From an uncultured Methanosarcinales archaeon (GTDB taxonomy: Archaea; Nanobdellota; Nanobdellia; Woesearchaeales; CAXGTL01), in assembly GCA_964535955.1 (NCBI GenBank), contig CAZHVK010000002.1, positions 72,122 to 136,121 on the forward strand: a stretch of DNA of 64,000 nucleotides, given 5' to 3'. The notes below the pieces were generated by a model that saw nothing but the letters and a program-made list of their open reading frames with translations, searched no databases and had not been told where the DNA came from. Below are positions 39,323 through 49,443 of the stretch, one piece after another (the first letter of the stretch is position 1; every line of letters starts with the position of its first letter). Made by a program: the position numbers and the translations under genes.

Positions 39323-40000
39323 ATGAAGCAAAAGATTACAAAGGATAATTCTGTGACTTTTTACAGTGATCAATATAAAGAATTTTATCATAGTACAACT
39401 GGTGCTAAGGAAGAAGTGTTAAAGAAATTTGTTGAGCCTTGTAAAGATTTATTTAATAAGCCAAAACTTAATATCCTTGATATTTGTTTTGGTTTAGGAT
39501 ATAATAGTGCTGGTTTGATTGATTCTGTGTTAAAACTTAATCCTGATTGTAAGATCAATATAATTGGACTAGAAAATGATATCAATATTCTTAATAAGAT
39601 TAAAGATGTAAATATAGATTTTAAGAGTTATAGGATTATTAAACAATGTATTATTGATGAAATTGATAAGGTTGTGAAAATTAACAATGTTTCATTAAAG
39701 ATTGTATTAGGTAATGCCTTGAAAACAATTAAAATGATTAATGAAAACTTTGATATTGTATTCTTAGATCCATTTTCACCAAAACAATGCCCTGAACTAT
39801 GGACTTTAGACCTTTTTAAAGAAATTTATTCTAAGATGAATGTTGAAGGAATTTTAACAACCTATTCCTGCGCTAGAACTGTAAGAGATAACTTAACTAA
39901 TGCTGGGTTTGTTGTTAAAGATGGTCCCAAGGTTGAAAGGAGAGGTCCAAGCACGATTGCAATAAAGGGTGTATGCAAACGAACCATGCACATACAATAA
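39323..40000 (+). CDS. mnmD: MnmD (MnmC N-terminal-like) tRNA U34 methyltransferase
   Basis: T.D.S.TF....Y.E.YHS..GA, CFGLGYN, LDPFSP...PELW and TYS motifs. Confidence 0.88.
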   Translation: MKQKITKDNSVTFYSDQYKEFYHSTTGAKEEVLKKFVEPCKDLFNKPKLNILDICFGLGYNSAGLIDSVLKLNPDCKINIIGLENDINILNKIKDVNIDFKSYRIIKQCIIDEIDKVVKINNVSLKIVLGNALKTIKMINENFDIVFLDPFSPKQCPELWTLDLFKEIYSKMNVEGILTTYSCARTVRDNLTNAGFVVKDGPKVERRGPSTIAIKGVCKRTMHIQ

Positions 40001-40004
40001 AAAA

Positions 40005-40514
40005 ATGAAATTAAAAAAATATCTTGAATGTGAAATCTTATTGCAAAAGTTCTTTGAAAAGATAAATTATTGCAAAAACAATTGCACTAACCAGACCACA
40101 AGCAAATTCTCAAAACATGTAAGGGGTAATGTTGGTTGTTGTTTACACAATTTTTATAATTTCACAAAAAAATTAAATCAAAAACAATTATCAATACTTA
40201 ACAAAGCAAGGATCAAGAAATATGGTTTACCAGAAAATAAAGAGCCAAGGATCCAAGGCTTGGAAAAACCATGCGAATACCACACATCAAAAGGATGCAT
40301 ATTAAAAGATCATAAAGGTTTATCCTGTATATCTTTCATTTGTAAACCTTATCAAGATCATCTTAAAGAAAAATACAATATAGATTATGATTATGATGAA
40401 ATAAGGGATTTTCTAGAAGACATACTTCTAGATAAGATTGATGATAATCAATTAATAGAATTCAGGTCAATGGTTAATAATTGGATTGAAAAAATAAATA
40501 TAGAAAACAAATAA
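40005..40514 (+). CDS. Cys-rich hypothetical protein, possibly metal-binding
   Basis: CxxxC...GCC...C..H...GC...C..F.C pattern. Confidence 0.6.
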   Translation: MKLKKYLECEILLQKFFEKINYCKNNCTNQTTSKFSKHVRGNVGCCLHNFYNFTKKLNQKQLSILNKARIKKYGLPENKEPRIQGLEKPCEYHTSKGCILKDHKGLSCISFICKPYQDHLKEKYNIDYDYDEIRDFLEDILLDKIDDNQLIEFRSMVNNWIEKINIENK

Positions 40515-40519
40515 AAAAA

Positions 40520-41170
40520 TCACTCTTTCCTAACCAATCCCCATAACAAATAAAGAATAACAAAAGTAATAACACCAGCTATAAACCAATATCCAGGATA
40601 TTGTATCATAGATTGTGTTATTGTTTCAACAGCACCTGGTGCAGCATCAGCAACTAATTCAGCACTTTTCTGAGCAGCTCCATAACCAGCTTCAACACCA
40701 GCTTCATCAAAAACAGGTGCAGCTCTTTCAGCAGCATTAAATCCAGCCATTCTAACACCAGTGAAAACCTGTATAATACCACCAATCACAACACTTGCTA
40801 ACAAAGCAGGCATCAATCTGCCTAATCTCTTGACTAATTTTTCTCTAACACTTTCAGTTGACTTAGGTGATATAATTATGAATTTATTAGCAAGTTTATA
40901 ATGATTAACTTCTTTTCCTTTTGCAGAATAATGAAATTCTTCTACTTCTACTAAACCACCTTTTTCAAGATGAGTTAGATTATAATGAACAGTTGAAATT
41001 GGTATTTTTAATTCTTTAGAAATTTGTGTTTCAGTAGCATCATCAACACTAGCTAAATAATCAAGTATTTTTCTGCAAGATTCATTACTAATGACTTGAG
41101 CTAATTTCTTTGCTTTTTTCTCTTGCAATGAAACAAGTAAAAATGTTTCTTTTTTAGACTTTTTTGCCAT
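40520..41170 (-). CDS. ArsR-like winged-HTH regulator with two C-terminal TM helices
   Basis: RKILDYL..TETQISKEL.IP.STVHYNL..L...GLV; hydrophobic C-terminal segments. Confidence 0.85.
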   Translation of the reverse strand: MAKKSKKETFLLVSLQEKKAKKLAQVISNESCRKILDYLASVDDATETQISKELKIPISTVHYNLTHLEKGGLVEVEEFHYSAKGKEVNHYKLANKFIIISPKSTESVREKLVKRLGRLMPALLASVVIGGIIQVFTGVRMAGFNAAERAAPVFDEAGVEAGYGAAQKSAELVADAAPGAVETITQSMIQYPGYWFIAGVITFVILYLLWGLVRKE

Positions 41171-41193
41171 AGTAGAGTGTATCTGTTTTAGTA

Positions 41194-41281
41194 TGTCAAA
41201 AATCATTTATAAATAATATGATTTTTGATCATGATCAGAATTCTATTGAATTCTAATACTTAGATTAGTAGAATTCTGACA
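41194..41281 (-). repeat. Double-hairpin element copy 3 (enlarged loops)
   Basis: + strand: TGTCAAAAATCAT-n11-ATGATTTTTGA-TCATGA-TCAGAATTCTA-n23-TAGAATTCTGACA. Confidence 0.85.
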
Positions 41282-41461
41282 TTTAAATAGGTTTTGATGA
41301 TTTCTAATCAAATTAAAGTCATATATAAGAAATATATACAATTTATGTATTTTATATGTATACTAAATGTATATATAGCGATATACACGGAATAATCACA
41401 GTTATATTTATAAAGGAATATTTAATCCCTATATATAATTGTATTTGATTATAATTAAACA

Positions 41462-41515
41462 TGTCAGAAATCTTAGATATCTGAGCATAATCAGGATCAT
41501 TAGATGATTTTGACA
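41462..41515 (+). repeat. Double-hairpin element copy 4
   Basis: TGTCAGAAATC-TTA-GATATCTGA-GCATAA-TCAGGATCAT-TAG-ATGATTTTGACA, just before SD GAGGTG. Confidence 0.8.
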
Positions 41516-41537
41516 TTCTAAATGAGGTGTAAGAAAT

Positions 41538-43349
41538 ATGGAAGATAAGAAAGAACTTGGTGAAGAAAATATGGAACATAAAAAACAAGATACTCATGTA
41601 AAAAGTTTTAGTGTAAACGAACTTTTAGGTGAAAAACAAGAAAAACCTAAAAAACATAAAAAAAAAATAGATTATTGGAAGGTTTCAAGTATTGCTTTTT
41701 TAGTTTTATTGATAATTTCTATTTTTACAAATGGTTTTACAAGTTTTGACTTTACAGGCATGGCTGTAGATGGATCAGACACAACATTTTCAGGTGACAA
41801 AATAAAACTAGATTTCTATGTAATGAGCCAGTGCCCATTTGGAACACAAGTTGAAGATGCTGTCAAACCTGTTTTAGATAAAATGGGTGATGTGATTGAC
41901 TTTAATCTAGAATTTATTGCAAATATTGATGCTAATGGTAATTTTGATTCATTACATGGTGAACCAGAAGTACAAGGTAATATTGTTCAATTATGTGCTG
42001 CTGAACACGAGCCAGAAAAATATATGGACATGGTAATGTGTATGAATAAAAATATGCAAAACATACCTAATAATTGGGAACAATGTGCAACAGACAGTGG
42101 TTTAGATGTTGGAACAATAAAAACTTGTTATGAAGGTGAACAAGGTAAAGTTTTATTAACAGCTTCAATTGAAAAAGCAAATCAAGTAATGGCAACAGGC
42201 TCACCAACAATGTTCATGAATGACAAACCATTTAACAAGAGAAAAACAGACGATATGTTAAGAGCCATATGTTTTGCTCTTGATAATAGTCATGAAGAGT
42301 GTAAAAATATTCCAGAACCAGTTACAGTTGAATTAACAGTAATAAATGATGAACAATGTGAAACTTGTGGCACAGACAACATTTTAGGAGTATTTAATCA
42401 AATGTTTGAAGATCTTGAAGTAAAAGAACTTGACTTTGCAGATAAAGAAGCACAAGACTTAATCAAACAACACAATATAGAACTATTACCTTCATATCTT
42501 TTTGAAAAAAAGGTTGAAGAATCAAGTGGTTGGAAAGACAATGCAAATTTACAAGCTGCATTTAAACAAAATAATAATAAATATGTAGTAATTCCTGAAG
42601 CAGTTGGTGCAGAACACAATCCATCAAAAGAGATATGTGACAATGGAAAAGATGATCGTGACCAAGATGGTTTGATTGATTGTGATGATGATGATTGCAG
42701 TAATCAATGGGTATGTCTTCCAAAATTAGATAAGCCAGAAATAGAATTATTTGTTATGTCACATTGTCCATTTGGGACACAGATTGAAAAAGGTATGCTG
42801 CCAGTAGCAAAATTACTTGGTGACAAAATTGACTTAAAAGTAAAGTTCTGTGACTATGCAATGCATGACAAAACTGAGCTTGATGAACAAGTATTACAAT
42901 ATTGTGTACAAAAAGATTTTAATGACAAATTCATTGAATATCTAGAATGTTTCTTAGAAGACGGCAAATCAGATGAATGTGTAACAAAACTAGAAATTGA
43001 CAAAGCAAAACTAGACAAATGTACTACTGATACTGATAAAGAATTTAAAGTAACAGCAAACTACAATGACAAAACAGAATGGAAAGGAAGGTTTCCTCCG
43101 TTCGCAATTTTCCAAGACGAAGTTGATAAATATGATGTAAGAGGATCACCAACTTTAGTAATCAATGGAGTTGTTGCAGAAGGTGTAGGAAGGTCACCAT
43201 CTTCATTATTAGAAGGAGCATGTCTAGGTTTCAAAAACAAACCAACAGAATGTGATCAAGTATTATCATCAGACACACCATCAGCAGGATTTGGTTTTTC
43301 AGCAATAGCACCAGCAAGTTCTGGAAGTGCTGATGCACAGTGTGGATAA
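41538..43349 (+). CDS. Membrane-anchored multi-thioredoxin-fold (DsbA/GILT-like) protein
   Basis: TM anchor; two VMS.CPFG...GSPT domains; central CETC domain; EICDNGKDD.DQDGLIDC motif. Confidence 0.75.
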   Translation: MEDKKELGEENMEHKKQDTHVKSFSVNELLGEKQEKPKKHKKKIDYWKVSSIAFLVLLIISIFTNGFTSFDFTGMAVDGSDTTFSGDKIKLDFYVMSQCPFGTQVEDAVKPVLDKMGDVIDFNLEFIANIDANGNFDSLHGEPEVQGNIVQLCAAEHEPEKYMDMVMCMNKNMQNIPNNWEQCATDSGLDVGTIKTCYEGEQGKVLLTASIEKANQVMATGSPTMFMNDKPFNKRKTDDMLRAICFALDNSHEECKNIPEPVTVELTVINDEQCETCGTDNILGVFNQMFEDLEVKELDFADKEAQDLIKQHNIELLPSYLFEKKVEESSGWKDNANLQAAFKQNNNKYVVIPEAVGAEHNPSKEICDNGKDDRDQDGLIDCDDDDCSNQWVCLPKLDKPEIELFVMSHCPFGTQIEKGMLPVAKLLGDKIDLKVKFCDYAMHDKTELDEQVLQYCVQKDFNDKFIEYLECFLEDGKSDECVTKLEIDKAKLDKCTTDTDKEFKVTANYNDKTEWKGRFPPFAIFQDEVDKYDVRGSPTLVINGVVAEGVGRSPSSLLEGACLGFKNKPTECDQVLSSDTPSAGFGFSAIAPASSGSADAQCG

Positions 43350-43393
43350 ATAAATTTATTTTTTATTTTTTTTAAATTATTTTTTAAAAAACT

Positions 43394-44104
43394 TTGAAAA
43401 TGCAAATATTGTGTTCACAATTCATAGATCCTGGAAGAGATCATGAAGAAACTTTTAAGAAATATCATAGCTTAGATATGCAACTATCTTTTTTTTATCG
43501 TCATGAATTCTTTGATTTTGATCATGATAAAGTATTAAATATAATTAAAAAAAATAAAATTAATATTAAGAGTGTACATGCTCCTACCACAGAAATTTAT
43601 TCTAAAGATTTTTTTCCAATTTTAGAAACAATCAAAGAAAAATATAAAGTAAAGATCATTACAATTCACCCGCAAAAAGGTGATAAAGAAGAAGTATTAA
43701 AATTATTTAATGAAAACTCAGAAAAGATCAAAAAACTAGAGATAATATTAGCCTATGAAATATTTCCTAAAAAAAGAAAAAAATGGATTAATTTAGCAGG
43801 TGATATGTACAGAATATTTGACAAAGATTTTTTAAAAATAACATATGATACTTCTCATACAAGAACAGAGAATATATTAGAAGAATTAAAATCAGTTGTT
43901 GACAAAGTTGAAGTAATACATTTAAGTTCTTATATAGGTGGTAAGGAACATCAACCAATAAATGATGAATGTATAAAAATAGTTAAATATTTAAAATCCA
44001 TTGACTTTAAAGGGTTTATTGCCTTAGAATATTTAGGTAATCTAAAAGAAAAACAAATCCAAGATTATCATATGTTAAAAAAGATAATAGGAGGAATAAA
44101 ATGA
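43394..44104 (+). CDS. Xylose isomerase-like TIM barrel protein
   Basis: SVHAP, TIHP, YE, YDTSH, IHLS, EH and LEY motifs. Confidence 0.75.
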   Translation: MKMQILCSQFIDPGRDHEETFKKYHSLDMQLSFFYRHEFFDFDHDKVLNIIKKNKINIKSVHAPTTEIYSKDFFPILETIKEKYKVKIITIHPQKGDKEEVLKLFNENSEKIKKLEIILAYEIFPKKRKKWINLAGDMYRIFDKDFLKITYDTSHTRTENILEELKSVVDKVEVIHLSSYIGGKEHQPINDECIKIVKYLKSIDFKGFIALEYLGNLKEKQIQDYHMLKKIIGGIK

Positions 44105-44298
44105 AAACCTGTGTAAATAAAGACACAAACATGGATAGATGTAATTGTTCTTATGAAGGTTGTGAAAGAAAAGGCATATGTTGTGAATGCATAGCTTATC
44201 ACAAGAGAAGAGGAGAATTACCAGCTTGTGTGTTTCCTGATCATATAGAAAAAACTTATGATAGAAGTTTTAGGAAGTTTGTTGAGGTAAATAAGTAA
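44101..44298 (+). CDS. Small Cys-rich protein (DUF6485-like)
   Basis: C.CSY..C..KG.CC.C..YH...ELPAC.F...EKTYDRS. Confidence 0.7.
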   Translation: MKTCVNKDTNMDRCNCSYEGCERKGICCECIAYHKRRGELPACVFPDHIEKTYDRSFRKFVEVNK

Positions 44299-44676
44299 AT
44301 GGTATATCAAAATCAACCATATACAATAAATCCTAGTGAACCACTTAGAGAAGTATTTGAAAATTCCCCAGAATACAGATTCATAGAACAACTAAAAAAA
44401 ATAAAAGAGAGTGGCAATATATGCGGAGCAGACAGTATATTAAAGACAATGACAGATACAAAACATCTAGACAAGCACAGATTATGCGACCTCATGGAAA
44501 GAGAAAAAGGAGTGCAGATTTTTGTTGACGAAGGAATGGGAAAATACTGCAGCATGGGTGCACAAAGAGCATACACACAATTATTTGAATTTTACAAAAC
44601 ATTGACTAAACAGACACAAAAAAGAATGCAAGCAAACTTGAATGAAATGAGAGGAAAAGCTCATTTTACAGAATAA
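44299..44676 (+). CDS. Hypothetical protein
   Basis: 125-aa ORF abutting the previous gene. Confidence 0.6.
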   Translation: MVYQNQPYTINPSEPLREVFENSPEYRFIEQLKKIKESGNICGADSILKTMTDTKHLDKHRLCDLMEREKGVQIFVDEGMGKYCSMGAQRAYTQLFEFYKTLTKQTQKRMQANLNEMRGKAHFTE

Positions 44677-44682
44677 GTCTGG

Positions 44683-45321
44683 TTAATAAGTAGGTGGAAT
44701 CTGTATTGCTGACAAAAGATCTTGCATAATATTCATATTTGATTTTAACATATACATTAAAACAAAAAAGAATACAATATATAGTATTATAATTACTAAA
44801 ACAGGAATCAGATACATTAATATTGCTTTTAATCTAGACACACTATGAACTTTTTGTGTACCAATTATCAACAATACTAAACCATAGATCCATACAAAAC
44901 TACCTAAAAAAGGTATCCAACCAAGAATAAGGCTTGGTGTTCTTGTGTAAACAAATAATTGATAAGTTTTAGTATAATCTCCTTTACCACCAAATATCAA
45001 TACCCATACATGAAGTATTCCTGCTAACAAAAAACTCAAACCTAATCCCAAAATATAACCAAAAAAACCCCAAAGAATCATTGAACCAAAAGCAACCTGT
45101 GGCTGAGGTATATTAAATCCTATTAATTCTGATATTACCTTAAGAAAATAAGGTTGAAATGCTAAACCCACAATAAAACCTAAAATAGTACCAAACAAAG
45201 ATAAAATCATATAATAAATAAAAGCATCTTTCATACCTTCTTCTTTATCTAGATTTGAAAAAAAATTAGCAGGTCCTACAAAGACATTCTTTATTTTATT
45301 GACTATATCATTTAAATCCAT
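44683..45321 (-). CDS. Yip1-family membrane protein
   Basis: P..FF, H.....FGGKG.Y..T....Y...P and five TM segments; start at 45321 preferred. Confidence 0.82.
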   Translation of the reverse strand: MDLNDIVNKIKNVFVGPANFFSNLDKEEGMKDAFIYYMILSLFGTILGFIVGLAFQPYFLKVISELIGFNIPQPQVAFGSMILWGFFGYILGLGLSFLLAGILHVWVLIFGGKGDYTKTYQLFVYTRTPSLILGWIPFLGSFVWIYGLVLLIIGTQKVHSVSRLKAILMYLIPVLVIIILYIVFFFVLMYMLKSNMNIMQDLLSAIQIPPTY

Positions 45322-45444
45322 ATATAACAATAAAAGAAAAACCATTATATAAATGTAACTAAAATTCCAACTAGTAAAATAACTAGATAAAACATCATAC
45401 ATATAGAAACATATATATATTGATAATACATAAAACAAAACCAT

Positions 45445-46173
45445 ATGGAAAAAATAAGTATAGACATAAAAAATGTAACAACTTCATACAAAAAATTCAA
45501 GATAAAAAGAATATCTTTCAATCTCAAAAATGGAGACATATTAGGGTTAATAGGCAGATCAGGTTCTGGTAAATCAACAATAATTAAAACAATATTGGGT
45601 CTCAAAAAGCAAGATTCAGGAAAAATAAAAACATCCTTGAATGATGAGGAGATTTCCATAAAAAAATTAATAGGATATTCTCCTCAAGAAAATTCTCTAT
45701 ACCCTTTTCTTACAGTAGAAGAAAATATAATGACATTTGGAAAATTACATGGTATAAAAAAAGATATAATAAAGCAAAGGATGAATTCCATTCTAAAAAG
45801 ACTTGATCTTAATTATAGTAAAAAAAAAAAGATAAGCCAACTTTCTGGGGGAATGCAGAAAAGAGCAGATTTAGCAGTAACACTAATTAGTTCACCAAAG
45901 ATTATAATCCTTGATGAACCATTTACAGGTTTGGACATATCATTACAGAAGTTTATATGGGAATTACTCAAAGAATTAAGGAATGAAGGAAATATAATCA
46001 TTATTTCCAGCCATATGCTTCATGAGATACAAAACAATTGTAATCATTTTGGTCTTGTTGAACAAGGATATTATTATAACACTGATCAGATAATTCAAAC
46101 TCTAAAAACATCTAAAAAAAGTCTTGAACACTTTTTAGAAAAATTATTTACAAGAGATTTAAATTCAGGATGA
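45445..46173 (+). CDS. ABC transporter ATP-binding protein
   Basis: GRSGSGKS, LSGGMQKR, LDEP and SSH motifs. Confidence 0.95.
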   Translation: MEKISIDIKNVTTSYKKFKIKRISFNLKNGDILGLIGRSGSGKSTIIKTILGLKKQDSGKIKTSLNDEEISIKKLIGYSPQENSLYPFLTVEENIMTFGKLHGIKKDIIKQRMNSILKRLDLNYSKKKKISQLSGGMQKRADLAVTLISSPKIIILDEPFTGLDISLQKFIWELLKELRNEGNIIIISSHMLHEIQNNCNHFGLVEQGYYYNTDQIIQTLKTSKKSLEHFLEKLFTRDLNSG

Positions 46174-46176
46174 AAA

Positions 46177-47850
46177 ATGTTTAAAACAATTCAATTAATA
46201 AAAGCAAATCTTAAACGTTTTATTAGAGATTGGAAAGCAATCTCATTACTAATTGTATTTCCATTGATTTTAATAGGTGTTGTTTTTGTTTCATTTAACC
46301 CAAGTGGTTTAAGAAAAGTGCCAGTAGGAATTATAAGTGTATCAGAACAAGGATCAGAGGTTGGTATTCAAGATTATGAACACCATCTTTCTTATTTGAA
46401 TCTAAAAAGATTTTCTACACTAAATGAGTGCTTAAATGATTTAAAAAGATATAATTCATATGTATGTATAGAAATAGAAGAATTAACATACAAAGACGAA
46501 GGTGTGATGCTTAAAGTACATTATGATAACACAAGAGAACCAATTATATGGGAGATTATTGAAAGAATTAAATCAACCATAGAATATTTTCAAAAACAAA
46601 TATCAAAAGAAATGGCTACTGACTTTATCACTGTTTTAGATAATACAGGAAACAGGATAGATGATTTTAAAATAAACCTAAGATCAACACACGGAAAAAT
46701 AGATGATTACATTGATGAAACAGACAAATCAGAAAAAAGACTTAGCAGTGCAAAAAAAGATGTAGAATATTCTTTAGACAATATGGACAGAGACCTCTCT
46801 GACATAGAATATACAAATAACAGAATTAAGAATGAAAAAGAAAGATTACATTCAGAGAGCTTTAGTCGTTTATATAAACCAGATGCTAGTGTTGATGAAA
46901 TAATACTTAGAAATCAAATAGAATATTTTAATGATAGATCTGGCAATATGTTTGCAGAAGTTGATGAAAAAATAAAAAGATACAAAGAACTAAGCAAACA
47001 AGGTAGATCACATATTAGTGAAATAGATTTAGGATTAGTAAAATTAAGGCAAGTAAAAAGAGATTTGGATTATTATAAATCAAGATTAAAAGAAACAGAC
47101 AATGAGCTTGGAAGCATTCAACAAAATTTTAAAAGTTTTAGAAATCTAGATCCTGAAACTTTTGTTAACCCAATCGTTATAAACAATTATCCTGTATTTG
47201 TTCCCAACCAAAAAAATAAAGAAAAAGAAGTAATTGAAACATTCAACTTAATGAGTCTAAAAACAATATTTCCAATGATCTTATTATTGATCACTTTATT
47301 TATTTCATTATTAATATCAAGTTTCATGTGTTTAAAAGATATTAATTCACCTGCAAACAAAAGAATTAGATTGATTAAGGGGGTATTTTTCCCAGAAGTG
47401 TTTGCTGTCTATATTTCATCCTTAATAATAATTTTAGTTCCTATATTATGTGTTCTTGCACTTGGAGACTTTGTTTTTAAGATTGCCATATTCTACCATA
47501 TTAATACAGTTGCATTGATTATGTTTCTGCTTATAAGCAGCTTTATATTAATAGGCATGCTGCTTGCTTATCTTGTTAAAAAAGAATCTGTAACTTTATT
47601 AGTTACCACATTTTTATTGGTTTTCTTTATATTTATTTCAGGATTCTTATTACCTATTGAAAGAATGAGTCATTATGCAGCCATAATTGCAAACCATTTT
47701 CCAGGAAAGATAGCATTATCAGCATTTAATAAAGTTGTTTTCTACAATGCTTCACTAAAAACAATAAATAATGATATAATTTCATTAATAGTTTGGATTG
47801 TATTTATTCTTAGCTTTGTTATTTTGTTTAAATGGCTAAGAAATGACTAA
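46177..47850 (+). CDS. ABC-2 type permease with large coiled-coil ectodomain
   Basis: N-terminal TM, long coiled coil, C-terminal TM block with SG..LP.E.M. Confidence 0.85.
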   Translation: MFKTIQLIKANLKRFIRDWKAISLLIVFPLILIGVVFVSFNPSGLRKVPVGIISVSEQGSEVGIQDYEHHLSYLNLKRFSTLNECLNDLKRYNSYVCIEIEELTYKDEGVMLKVHYDNTREPIIWEIIERIKSTIEYFQKQISKEMATDFITVLDNTGNRIDDFKINLRSTHGKIDDYIDETDKSEKRLSSAKKDVEYSLDNMDRDLSDIEYTNNRIKNEKERLHSESFSRLYKPDASVDEIILRNQIEYFNDRSGNMFAEVDEKIKRYKELSKQGRSHISEIDLGLVKLRQVKRDLDYYKSRLKETDNELGSIQQNFKSFRNLDPETFVNPIVINNYPVFVPNQKNKEKEVIETFNLMSLKTIFPMILLLITLFISLLISSFMCLKDINSPANKRIRLIKGVFFPEVFAVYISSLIIILVPILCVLALGDFVFKIAIFYHINTVALIMFLLISSFILIGMLLAYLVKKESVTLLVTTFLLVFFIFISGFLLPIERMSHYAAIIANHFPGKIALSAFNKVVFYNASLKTINNDIISLIVWIVFILSFVILFKWLRND

Positions 47851-47931
47851 GAAGGAGAATTCTTTATATTGTCAATAACAGAAATCCTTATAAACTAATT
47901 TCCTCCTCTAAAGTTAAAATGGTGATAGATT

Positions 47932-49212
47932 ATGAAACTACCTAAAGACTTAACAAAAGATGAGAGAGAAGAAACAACAATAGTTGGAATGGAATTTCCA
48001 GAAAAAAGACATACTATTTCTGAGCTAACAAAAGATGAAAAAATCAGTGAAAAAAAAATAGAAAAACAATTTGCAAAACTAGCAAAGGAATCAACAAAAA
48101 CACACAAAAAGCAAGAAATAAAACTAGGAACCAAAAAGAGAAAAATCAAAATAAATAGAACAATCACACCAATTATAATCATGCTTATTATAATTTCATT
48201 GATTTACTTTTTAGGAGCATTTGATAATAAAGTATCAATAACAGTTATCAAAAACAAAGAATGTGATTTTTGTACAAATGTAAATCCTATTATAAAATCA
48301 ATAAATGAATCAGAAAACATAAAAATAATAGAATTTGAAGAATTAGATTACAGAGAAGATAAAGCAAAAGAGATTATAGAAAAAATACAAATAAGAACAA
48401 CTCCAACAATCATAATTCAAGGTAATGTGTTTACAAAAACATCTTTTTTTAAAAATCTATCATCAGAGAACATTAAAAAACATGGTGAAAAATTTGTATT
48501 AAGCAGTTTTCTTCCACCATTAACAGAAATCATGACAAATCAAATATTAGGCATAGTCAATGTTATATACCTTAAAGATGAAAGCTGTATAGAATGTGCT
48601 GATTTAGATCACGCAATACAAAAATTAAAAAATGCAGGAGTCTATGTCAGCAACATCAAGGAAGTTGAAATAAATAGTGAACAAGGTCAAAAATTAAAAC
48701 ACAAGTATAATATAAAAAAAGTTCCCATACTTCTTTTTGATCAAAACTTGGGATTATACCAGCATATAAGTAAACAATGGAATTTATATGGTTCTATAGA
48801 AGATGATGGAATAATGATTATGAGAAAAACATTACCACCATACAAAAATCTTGAAACAAATAAAATCAAAGGTATTATCAAAGTAACATACTTAACAGAC
48901 AAGACATGCACAGAATGTTATGATCCAAGTATACATAAAAAAGCAATATCAAGAATAATGCCTTATTATAAACAAGAAGAAACAATTGACATTTCACAAA
49001 TAAAAGCCCAAGAATTAATTGTAAGATATAATATAAATGATGTGCCTACAATAATCTTATCAAAAGATATTAATGAATATCCTTTGTTTGAAACATTATT
49101 CAGTAATGTCTATGAAAAACAAACAGATGAAAGTTATGTATTCAAATCAAATCCTAAATTTAAAGATCAGATATATAAAGATTTAAAATCTAATAAAATA
49201 ATAAAGAATTAA
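47932..49212 (+). CDS. Membrane-anchored protein with three thioredoxin-like CxxC repeats
   Basis: CDFC, CIEC and CTEC, each followed by an I..TP/VP.I cis-Pro-like motif. Confidence 0.75.
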   Translation: MKLPKDLTKDEREETTIVGMEFPEKRHTISELTKDEKISEKKIEKQFAKLAKESTKTHKKQEIKLGTKKRKIKINRTITPIIIMLIIISLIYFLGAFDNKVSITVIKNKECDFCTNVNPIIKSINESENIKIIEFEELDYREDKAKEIIEKIQIRTTPTIIIQGNVFTKTSFFKNLSSENIKKHGEKFVLSSFLPPLTEIMTNQILGIVNVIYLKDESCIECADLDHAIQKLKNAGVYVSNIKEVEINSEQGQKLKHKYNIKKVPILLFDQNLGLYQHISKQWNLYGSIEDDGIMIMRKTLPPYKNLETNKIKGIIKVTYLTDKTCTECYDPSIHKKAISRIMPYYKQEETIDISQIKAQELIVRYNINDVPTIILSKDINEYPLFETLFSNVYEKQTDESYVFKSNPKFKDQIYKDLKSNKIIKN

Positions 49213-49230
49213 AAACCAAACAAAAACAAA

Positions 49231-49443
49231 ATGTGTTTATCAATACCAGGCAAAATCATAGAAATAAAACAAGACAACAAAGTAGTAATCGACTATGTCA
49301 GAGAAAAAACAATTGCAGACAATTCTTTAACAAATGCAAAGATAGGTGATTATGTTATTATCAAGTCAAAGTTTGTTATATCAACAGTAGACCAAGACCA
49401 AGCAGAAAAAACAATAAAAGAGTGGAAAGAAAATGACTCCTGA
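49231..49443 (+). CDS. hypC: Hydrogenase maturation chaperone HypC
   Basis: MCLSIPGKI...GDYV. Confidence 0.9.
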   Translation: MCLSIPGKIIEIKQDNKVVIDYVREKTIADNSLTNAKIGDYVIIKSKFVISTVDQDQAEKTIKEWKENDS

